DNA of 64,000 nucleotides from a plasmid: sequence record NZ_CP019224.1; one strand, 5' to 3'. Shown piece by piece: positions 57,501 to 64,000 of this stretch (position 1 is its first letter; each line of letters starts with the position of its first letter). The notes under the pieces were generated by a model. It saw only the letters and a program-made list of their open reading frames with translations, ran no database searches and was not told where the DNA came from. The position numbers and the translations under genes were made by a program.

Positions 57501-60473
57501 GAGCTGTTGGCGGGTGAGGCGGTCGGAAAGGACGGTGTGGCAGGTGCCTTCGATGTCGCGGCGCCCGGCGGTCATACCTTGGGCGGCGTTGATGGTGCTG
57601 GCGTAGCCCAAGGTGGTGTGGGTGCCCACATAGCGGGCGGGCAGTCGGACCGGGGTGGCTCGCCCACGCAACGGAACAACGGTCAGCGAGCCGTCTTCGT
57701 GGACGGTGCGGATGATCCAGCGGTGCCCGTTTTTGACCCATTTGCCGCGTTGTGCGGTGCGCAGCCAGCGGGCGTTTTTGCGGGTGGCGATCCAGTCGCC
57801 GGCTGAGGCGGTCAGTCCGTCGGCCAGGGTGACGGTCGTGGCGTCTGCGGGGCTGGTGGGTTGGCTGGTTGTCTGGGCTAAGCGGTCGAGGCGGGCGCGT
57901 TCGTTGAGTTCGGCGACGAGCTCGTTGGTGGGGGCTAACAGGATCGAGTCGCGGCCGGCGGCGATGTCGGCCGACCAGGCTCGGTAGGCCATGTCGGCGG
58001 CGGTGGCATCGGCGCCGACATGGACGCGGTGGTGATCGATGTAGAAGCCGATGCCGGCGGGGTCGCCGGCGCGGATGGCCAGGCTGGCGGCGGCTTCGGC
58101 TTGCCCGGTCTCGGGGTGAGTGAAGCGCACGACGGTGCTCAGAGTGACGGTCTCGTAGCGATCGGCGAGGTCACGCAGGATGCCGCCGGCGGAGATGGAA
58201 GCCAGCTGCTGGTCATCACCGATGAGGCGCACACTGGCCCCGCGTGCCAGGGCGTGGGCGATCACGATGTCGAGATCCAACGTGGAGGCCATACCGGCCT
58301 CGTCGATGATCAGCAGGGTGTCAGAGTCGATGGCGGTGAACCATTTTCGGGCCGGATCATCGGCGGGTGCGGGTTCGCCGGCGCGGGTTTCGGTGAGCTG
58401 GACGAGTTTGGCGATGGTGTCGGTGGGAGCGTTGAGGTCGGTGTTGAGAACTTCGGCCGCACCGGCGGTGGGGGCCAGCCCGATCACGTTGCCGCCGGCG
58501 TTGCGCCAGGCGCCCGCCAGTGCGGCCATCGCGGTGGTTTTCCCGGTGCCGGCCGGGGCTAGGGCGAGCTGGACGCGGGCCCCCGAAGACGCCATTTCGC
58601 GTACCAGCGCCACCTGGCCGGCGTTGAGCTCGACGTCTTGGTTGGCTTGGTATTCCAGCAGCGCCAACCCGATGCTGGTGTCATCGACGGTGCGGCCATC
58701 GCGCAGCCCGGCGGCCGCCAAAATCCGCCGCTCCGCCGACAAGATGTCCGCGCTGCTATACACCGTGGTGTCGTGGCGGGTGTAGACGCTGGAACCGTCG
58801 CGGCGGCGCAGGGCGGCGGGCTCGTTTTTCTCCGCGTCAGCATCGGTGGTCAAGGCGACACTGTGCTCGCTTAAAGCGCTCGCCACGAGCCGGTTGACCA
58901 GTTCGGGGCCGCCGGGGTGGTTGGCGTAGCGCAGCTCGCGTTGGGCTTCGGCGCGGACGTGGTTGATCGTCCAGGTGGCCCGGGATTCTGAGACGGTGGC
59001 GATGATGGCGGCGGCGTGCTCGTGGACCCATTTGTCGGTGATCTCGACCCGTTGGGACACCGCCTGATTCGTGACGTCGGCGACCATGGCGGTCAGGGCG
59101 CGCTGGCTGCCCAACACCTCGACGGCCTGCACCCGCCACACGTGGCGCTGTTCACCCAGCGAGCGCGGTTCGTGCTTGGCTTGGCGGGTTTCCAAGGTGG
59201 CCCGTTGAGACAACGCGAGCATCTCGACGACGGTGGGTTCACGGCCATGGTCGACCTGGAATTGCTTGGCCAGCTCACCGACACGATGGTCAATGGCCGC
59301 GCTTCGCGAGGAGAATTTCTCGATCAAAGCTGTAGCCATGCCGACGATTTCGCGCACCGGGCGTTTGCCGCGTTTGGCGGGGGTTTCGGCGAAACGCACA
59401 CCGAGCTTTGCGATGAGCAGCGCTTCGATGCGGGTGTTGTAAAACTCTGATGCGGCGACGGTGGCGTGGTGCAGTGGGGTGCCGTCTAAGGCCAGCCAGC
59501 GCGGCACCCCATCGGGGCCAATGACTTGTACCTTGTTGCTGACCGCGGCGTGGGTGTGCAGGTTGGGATCTCCGGCGCGCGAGTCGCGGTGATCGAAGGC
59601 CGCCACGATCAATCCGGTGCTGTTGACTTGGGCTACGCCGTGGGCCCCCATGCGCGCAAAGGCTGCTTGGTCTTCGAGAAATTCCAGGGTTTCGGCCACG
59701 GCCTGGCGGTGGCATTCCTCGATCCCTTGGGCGATCGGTGTCGGCGCGATCGCCCACAGCGCCGAGACGGATTTGACCGGGGTGAAGGTGAGGTCATAGC
59801 CGGCCACCGCGGTGGTGGCCGCGCGGGAATTGCTGGCGATAAACCCCGACAGTTCTCGTTCATCAGCCGGTGGGCGAGAGTAGGTTTCGGTGAACATTTC
59901 ACGCGCGAGTGCGGTGCGGATGCGGGCCTTAATGTCGGCGGCGAGGCTGGCGTGCTCCTCGTTGCCCACGGTGGTGTTGTAGTCGCGGTAGGCCTGGCGC
60001 AGCCGGGTCATGAACTGGTTTTTGGTGTTGTTGGTAGCGAACGGGCGGCCTAGCCGCACGGCGGCGATCTTGCCCGCCTGGGCGAGGCCAAATCCGGTGA
60101 GATGGTGGGTGATTCGGTCGGCGTTGGGGTGGAGTCCTTCACCGAAAAGGGCTTTCATTTGGTCTTCGCTGACTTGCGATCCGTGCGGCACCGACCACAG
60201 TTGCGCGACCAAGGGGTCTGCGGGGTCGCGGGAGACGGGCTGGCCGAGTGCGGCCAGCCCGCGGCCCATCCAGGTGCCCGGAGATTCGCCTTTGGCGCTG
60301 TAGTACTCGCCCAGGCTGGGACGGCCCCGGTCGGTGGCATCCGAGGCGGCGACTTGGCGAATCAGATACATGTAGCCATCGCCAGCGGTCAACTTGTGTA
60401 AGCCCATCACCGCCGCATCACCACCAATCCACCGTGACATGTGCTTGAGTGTTACGCGACGCCCGCGCGACAC
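54582..60473 (-). CDS. traA: MobF-family (TrwC/TraA-like) relaxase-helicase with long C-terminal extension
   Basis: N-terminal TrwC relaxase features (...GEYYSAKGESPGTWMGRG..., HTH triad LHTHAAVSN); RecD-like helicase Walker A LAPAGTGKTT; a second degenerate P-loop further downstream; 1963 aa. Confidence 0.9.
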   Translation of the reverse strand: MSRGRRVTLKHMSRWIGGDAAVMGLHKLTAGDGYMYLIRQVAASDATDRGRPSLGEYYSAKGESPGTWMGRGLAALGQPVSRDPADPLVAQLWSVPHGSQVSEDQMKALFGEGLHPNADRITHHLTGFGLAQAGKIAAVRLGRPFATNNTKNQFMTRLRQAYRDYNTTVGNEEHASLAADIKARIRTALAREMFTETYSRPPADERELSGFIASNSRAATTAVAGYDLTFTPVKSVSALWAIAPTPIAQGIEECHRQAVAETLEFLEDQAAFARMGAHGVAQVNSTGLIVAAFDHRDSRAGDPNLHTHAAVSNKVQVIGPDGVPRWLALDGTPLHHATVAASEFYNTRIEALLIAKLGVRFAETPAKRGKRPVREIVGMATALIEKFSSRSAAIDHRVGELAKQFQVDHGREPTVVEMLALSQRATLETRQAKHEPRSLGEQRHVWRVQAVEVLGSQRALTAMVADVTNQAVSQRVEITDKWVHEHAAAIIATVSESRATWTINHVRAEAQRELRYANHPGGPELVNRLVASALSEHSVALTTDADAEKNEPAALRRRDGSSVYTRHDTTVYSSADILSAERRILAAAGLRDGRTVDDTSIGLALLEYQANQDVELNAGQVALVREMASSGARVQLALAPAGTGKTTAMAALAGAWRNAGGNVIGLAPTAGAAEVLNTDLNAPTDTIAKLVQLTETRAGEPAPADDPARKWFTAIDSDTLLIIDEAGMASTLDLDIVIAHALARGASVRLIGDDQQLASISAGGILRDLADRYETVTLSTVVRFTHPETGQAEAAASLAIRAGDPAGIGFYIDHHRVHVGADATAADMAYRAWSADIAAGRDSILLAPTNELVAELNERARLDRLAQTTSQPTSPADATTVTLADGLTASAGDWIATRKNARWLRTAQRGKWVKNGHRWIIRTVHEDGSLTVVPLRGRATPVRLPARYVGTHTTLGYASTINAAQGMTAGRRDIEGTCHTVLSDRLTRQQLYVALTRGRTENHCYGSTAEADPHRILAPKATHPPTAVDILSAILARDGAQLSAHSAAAAHIDPFNRLHRVADMYTDALTAGAEHHAGPAVMARIDTTAAALPHQVTEAQAWPVLRRHLALLAIEGHDPIAALHDAAATQLGDAHDPAAVLDWRLPAPIGNTAADLGPLRWLPAIPDVLAADPTWATCLQQRAQLVGELAENIRTTARGWDAATAPAWARPLLDDHRNLLAEIAVFRAAHNVDPADTRITGPHQNATRSAIVQQAIHTRLDDALTRAGADTTRWRQLTATLDPHIADDPFWPRLATHLDGAARAGADVAALLHDAVAQHGPLPAEMPAAALWWRLAGTLAPPSLEGTDTKLRPAWTADLHHFLGTRIAEAVITDPAWPGLVAAVTAADWPPHDLLAAAAEHLHDISATQTIRPDEYARLLTYRVELLAHHAATIDSDVPHPAEQAETPTGQQQFDLNEHLISEADLHEPPPDPYDYPYGFVEDDLAGLDIADLPTTRPATPARVDDIDIPGLRAHRDAAHQHAQQLADAILTGGGGPAERAAAAELTQLHQQLVDQRPYQQALAAAHTRWVHAEDTAELHRQLLTQLEAAITAATERGEHDAADRYQQHHNQASAQTERVDTAVRTARARLDEARAELIATVGGAAGIVTEQHLHDRRAYALRADTETLNAARRQARALDDQLARAEAAAARALAQTPAHTYDLGADLDQLHAEVDFLAAASAASPAAMYSPPPAALEALDDKHRRAVTAITTNIHSVQLLHVHPGADKTAALAALAATAHHHNKPAIAVTDTESAERTYADATTTIDAYRDDVTSKHRTLPLGSLLIVDDDHALTADQLRWLAHSAAATNTKLLLIATPGEQQPDHTLLTVLANDLPHAQQLGVPDPEYRQTRTAIDRAAHHVAATNTPSTERSRAEQLLRQRDQVLGQLADIATSTARLDAIAARDRARGRDQDRGNGLEL

Positions 60474-60694
60474 GAATATCGCGTTCGTTAGGCCACCTAA
60501 CTAGCGTCCGTTACCAAACCGTGACCTGAGTGCAAGAGGTGTGATGTGCTGGAGGCGGGTGAAGTTAGGGTACCCTAAGTGGCGGTGGGATGGTGTGGCG
60601 AGGGGTCGGGTCCGGGCATAGCAGGTGGTGGCGGTGGTGAGATTTTTGGGTTCGGGTGCGGCGTAAGGGTTTTGCGGGCTTTACGGTGTGAGAC
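60474..60694. promoter_or_regulatory. candidate oriT / divergent promoter region with perfect 14-bp palindrome TTAGGGTACCCTAA (60565-60578)
   Basis: Located immediately 5' of the relaxase, between it and a divergent HTH gene; additional imperfect inverted repeat CGAATATCGCGTTCG. Confidence 0.4.
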
Positions 60695-61174
60695 ATGGGA
60701 AACAAGGCGGTGAGCAAGCAAGCCCGGCGCGCGGCGCGGGAAGCGGCAACAGCGGCGCAAGACGAAGTGATCCGACGCACGAAGGCCAACGTCGAGGACT
60801 TAGCGACGTTCTTCGATGCGCGCGACCGCGCCGAAGCGGTCGATGCGTGGCTGGCCGAGCGCCAGCAGGCGCTGGCGCAGCAGGCCGCACAGCGGCGCGC
60901 CAACCAACGGGTCAAGGCAGGCGCGGCGCTGCGCGCGATGCGTGACCGCGGGGAAACGCTACGTGAGATCGGCCGCATGGCCGGGCTCAGCGAAAAAGCG
61001 GTGCGCGACTTGATTCGTGAAACCGAATCCAGCGAGCAGGCCGCGGAACCGGTAGCGGGCGCGGTTACACCGGCGCCGGCGGTCACACCAGAACGCGTGG
61101 GCGGCAAAGGCGATGACGCACAGAGCCCACCAGCGGATGCGTTGACAGCGGAGCCGATACCGGCGCACGCGTAG
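60695..61174 (+). CDS. HTH DNA-binding protein (relaxosome accessory / regulator candidate)
   Basis: ...ETLREIGRMAGLSEKAVRDLIRE... helix-turn-helix; divergent from the relaxase. Confidence 0.55.
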   Translation: MGNKAVSKQARRAAREAATAAQDEVIRRTKANVEDLATFFDARDRAEAVDAWLAERQQALAQQAAQRRANQRVKAGAALRAMRDRGETLREIGRMAGLSEKAVRDLIRETESSEQAAEPVAGAVTPAPAVTPERVGGKGDDAQSPPADALTAEPIPAHA

Positions 61175-61262
61175 CCGGGCCTCGCAAGGTTGTCAGTGCC
61201 GGCGGGGATGATGACGGCGACGGGCGGCGCAGGGCCGCAAGGGAACCGAAAGCATCGGGAGT

Positions 61263-61787
61263 ATGGGGGTTTCGGAACCGCTACGGCTGGTGGTGGATCG
61301 GCGCGTGCACGCCGAGGAGTTAGGTCGGTTCGAAAACAACGTCGTTCGGGGCCCGGGCGCCGACGATTGCGCGATCTGGTGTTCGGCGATCGGCGGGGAC
61401 GGGTACGGACGGTTTTGGGTGTACCGCGGTGGTGCGCGGATGATGGTGCGGGCCAACCGGTATGCGCTGGCCGCCTCGCTGGAGGGGAAGGCGTTAGAGC
61501 CGTGGGTGCGCGCCCTGCACGGCTGTGACAATCCGGTGTGCGTGCGAGCGAGTCTGCCCGACGAACTCGGCTTGCTGCATGTCATCGGCGGCTCGCAGCG
61601 CGACAACATGCAGATGATGGCGCGGGCGCGCCGCGGCGGGGGCCGGGTGCTGGTGCGCCGGGGCGATCACGGAGTCATGGCGCGGCGAGCGCGCGCGGTG
61701 GCGCTGCGCGATGCGGTGCGCCACGGATGGGATGCCGAAGCCGTCGAGGCAGCGCTGCTGGGCTCTACCGACCCGACACTATGGTGA
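61263..61787 (+). CDS. HNH endonuclease
   Basis: ...CAIWCSAIGGDGYGRFWV...RANRYALAA...LHGCDNPVCV... HNH_3-type pattern; GGGAG RBS. Confidence 0.65.
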   Translation: MGVSEPLRLVVDRRVHAEELGRFENNVVRGPGADDCAIWCSAIGGDGYGRFWVYRGGARMMVRANRYALAASLEGKALEPWVRALHGCDNPVCVRASLPDELGLLHVIGGSQRDNMQMMARARRGGGRVLVRRGDHGVMARRARAVALRDAVRHGWDAEAVEAALLGSTDPTLW

Positions 61788-62069
61788 GCGGCCGGGCACC
61801 AACGGATTTGGCCGTGGCAGCCGGTGGCGTGGCCGTCGAAACCCAGATCGCGGCCCGAGGCCTAGAAAGAGCGCCGGGGGGGCGCGGGGATGGGCGCGTA
61901 GTCGAAGCGCGGCAGCGAGGCGGCGCGGCGCGGCGAGCCGGCGAGTGCCGGCGAGGATCGCGGACAAGACTCGAGGCCCCCCGGGTCGGGCTGAGCACGT
62001 CCGGCGGCGGGAATCGTGGCGGCGGTGGCGAACAGGTGGCGACGTGCGGCAAGCAACCGTGATGCGGGA

Positions 62070-62135
62070 AGAAAAAAGGGGGCCCGGCCAACCCCTCGTG
62101 GTGGGAGAGGGCTGGCCGGGCCCGGGTAGACCACC
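62070..62135. terminator. bidirectional terminator-like hairpin (A-run + GGCCCGGCCAACCCCTC / GAGAGGGCTGGCCGGGCC stem)
   Basis: Imperfect inverted repeat between convergent HNH and DUF932 genes; a near-copy lies at 63540-63605. Confidence 0.5.
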
Positions 62136-62143
62136 GGGGGCAG

Positions 62144-63190
62144 CTAGAGGGTCTGAAGCATCCGGAACGCTTGAGCTTTCAGCGATTGTCCGCTGGCCGC
62201 GGTGGTGATGTTGCGCAACGCGCGCGCGGCGCTGGCGTCGGTGGCGGTTTTGGCGCCGCGGACTGGAACGACGTGGTCCAGGTATTCGGTGACCGCGTTG
62301 TAGGCGGCCCAGCGGGTGCCGGCGATGGGCGCGATGGTCTCAGAGGACGTCCACAGTTTCACGATGCTGTTGGCGCGTTCACGACGGTGGCGGCGCGTGG
62401 CGGTAGTGCCCGCCGAGTCGACCTCGAGCAGCGTGTTGGCGAAGCTGCGCATCTCCTCGGTGTCCATCGGGGCGGCATAGAGCGCAGCTGCCTCGGCTTC
62501 GAATGCCTCGATGTAACGCCAACTGAGCTTGAGGGCGTTGCGGGCCTCGGCGATGGAGGCTCGCGCGCCGCCGGTGTGGCGGATGGAGAAGCTGGACTTG
62601 GCCGACCGGATCGCCGCGCTTTGGGTGTTCGCGCAGACAATGCGGATGGGCGACAGGAGGAAACGGAAGGCTGCACTGCCATCGTGAGAATTTAAGGCCG
62701 CGAGGTAGAAGTCAGTGCGGTCTTTGCTGCCGTCCTTACCGTCGAAGACCATGCTGCTGGGCAGCTTCATGGTGACGAAGGTTTCCCGCCCGCCGCGCAG
62801 CGCGCCGGCGGTCTCGAAGTGGGCGCCTCCGCTTTGGTCCACGAGGGCGTCGAGCAGGTCGCAGGAGGCCTCGTTTTGGAGGGGCTCGTACTTGCTGCCA
62901 ACGACCCCGAGGACGTCGAGGCGACCGTTGATCGGGTTGGTGCGCACGGTCGCATAGAAGTCGGGCACCACCAGAGGCGCCGGCGTGGTGACGCCGGTGT
63001 CGTCGATGACGGGTTCCTGGGGAACCTGCAGCGGCATTTTGCGGACGTTCCAGCCGGCCATGTGCGCGGCTTCCAGTGCCTCGCGGGCGGTCATGGTGTG
63101 GCCAACGGTTTGACCGAGGCGGTGCCAGTGGTCGCTGCGGGAGTTAGCGAAGGAGACGTGCCCGTTGGTGGTGTCGAGTTCGTGTGCCAT
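62144..63190 (-). CDS. DUF932-family (phage/plasmid-related) protein
   Basis: Start at MAHELDTTNGHVSF... with GGAAAGGA RBS; ...LGVVGSKYEPLQNEASCDLLDAL...SHDGSAAFRFLLSPIRIVCANT... resembles the DUF932/TIGR03299 family from memory. Confidence 0.6.
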   Translation of the reverse strand: MAHELDTTNGHVSFANSRSDHWHRLGQTVGHTMTAREALEAAHMAGWNVRKMPLQVPQEPVIDDTGVTTPAPLVVPDFYATVRTNPINGRLDVLGVVGSKYEPLQNEASCDLLDALVDQSGGAHFETAGALRGGRETFVTMKLPSSMVFDGKDGSKDRTDFYLAALNSHDGSAAFRFLLSPIRIVCANTQSAAIRSAKSSFSIRHTGGARASIAEARNALKLSWRYIEAFEAEAAALYAAPMDTEEMRSFANTLLEVDSAGTTATRRHRRERANSIVKLWTSSETIAPIAGTRWAAYNAVTEYLDHVVPVRGAKTATDASAARALRNITTAASGQSLKAQAFRMLQTL

Positions 63191-63539
63191 GAGAGATGTT
63201 CCTTTCCGGGAAACTGTGTTTTGTTCGCGCCGGTCAGCGCTGGGGTGCGGGTAAGCGGGTGAGGGTGGACGCTCAACCCCGAAGAGTCCCGGGCCGGGAG
63301 CTCGCCGGGTTTTCGGCCCGGGCTCGCCGGCGCGCAGCGCCTTCGGGCGAGCTTCCGTAGGGCCGAAAACAGTCACTCGGCACGGCGATGCCCGGCCCGG
63401 GCGTGGGTTGAGGGGGCGGGCCCCCGCCCGATTACCATGAGCACCCCGCTGACAGGCAAATGAGGTGAGGGGCTACGGGTTTGGTGGCCACCGCGAGGTG
63501 GCCAGTCCGGTCGCGCGGGGCGCGCCGGCCACCGCGGGG

Positions 63540-63605
63540 AACCGGAAGAAAAAGGGGGGCCCGGCCAACCCCTCACGATCGGAGAGGCGGCCGGGCCCGG
63601 GCGCC
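63540..63605. terminator. terminator-like hairpin, second copy of the 62070-62135 element
   Basis: GAAGAAAAAGGGGGGCCCGGCCAACCCCTC...GGAGAGGCGGCCGGGCCCGGG immediately 3' of the minus-strand gene entering at 63608. Confidence 0.5.
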
Positions 63606-63607
63606 GG

Positions 63608-63990
63608 TCAAGTCCATAACAGGCTGGGGACTTTCGTCCAGGTGTGGCCAGGGTGGGTGTCGGTGAGGTAGATGCGGTCTCGTGTCCAGCGGCCGGGCCT
63701 GCCGTATCCGTGGGCGGTCAAGACGGGCAGCATGTTTCGGGGCTGCTCGTAGTCGTCGAGGGGCAGGGCGCTTTTGTCAAAGTACTCGCGGCGGTCGGCG
63801 TTGCACACGTAGATGTGGGCAGCGGGGCGCGAGGACGGCCGGGGGGTGTTGGCTGTGATGCCGGCAGCGTGGTCGATGAGGCCTTCGAACCGGACGAACT
63901 GGTGGGGTTGGATAGCCCAGTACAGATTGGTGTCCTGTCCTGGCTCGGCGGGGGCGTAGTCACCGGCCCACACCAGCCGCGATCCCCCGT
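63608..63990 (-). CDS. hypothetical protein, C-terminal part (gene continues beyond window)
   Basis: Open frame running off the right edge; balanced composition. Confidence 0.4.
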
Positions 63991-64000
63991 CGAGGGCGAG

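Noticed and set aside
55924-57741. Multiple long ORFs (185-387 aa) on both strands inside the relaxase gene
   Set aside because: Arg/Pro/His-rich low-complexity translations overlapping the 1963-aa relaxase, which has clear catalytic motifs.

Overview
The window is 64 kb of high-GC, Mycobacterium-like DNA whose gene content matches a pRAW-type conjugative plasmid or integrated mobile element. It carries a type VII (ESX) secretion locus together with a type IV secretion-like conjugation gene set. All calls rest on reading the translated frames by eye and on motifs recalled from memory; no database search was run.

In order along the window:
- **Left end (about 1-8.8 kb):** a ParD/ParE toxin-antitoxin pair, cargo and hypothetical genes, and a large protein with a WXG motif and a Pro/Gly/Ala-rich region, followed by a coupled downstream gene.
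- **IS-rich scar (8.8-13.8 kb):** an IS607-family element (tnpA serine recombinase plus tnpB) that replaced most of a vapBC copy, an IS256-family transposase, a duplicated gene fragment, and an intact vapBC pair.
- **Paralog triplet (13.9-17.1 kb):** three tandem genes sharing an N-terminal domain, one ending in an NlpC/P60 peptidase domain.
- **ESX locus (17.1-34.5 kb):** a complete locus of the ESX-5/ESX-2 lineage in the order eccB, fused eccC, PE, PPE, a CFP-10-like/ESAT-6-like esx pair, espG, an espI-like ParA/MinD ATPase, eccD, mycP, eccE, eccA.
- **T4SS-like operon (35.2-45.2 kb, minus strand):** membrane proteins and a VirB4-like ATPase that is split by a cleanly bounded IS3-family insertion.
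- **Accessory region (45-55 kb):** an XRE regulator, a TraG/VirD4-like coupling protein, an HD-domain protein, a standalone paralog of the coupling-protein all-alpha domain, and a coiled-coil repeat protein.
- **Right end (54-64 kb):** a 1963-aa MobF (TrwC-like) relaxase-helicase with a candidate oriT, an HNH endonuclease, a DUF932 protein and repeated hairpin elements.

Many long Arg/Pro/Gly-rich reverse-strand ORFs in the track look like high-GC artefacts and were rejected.
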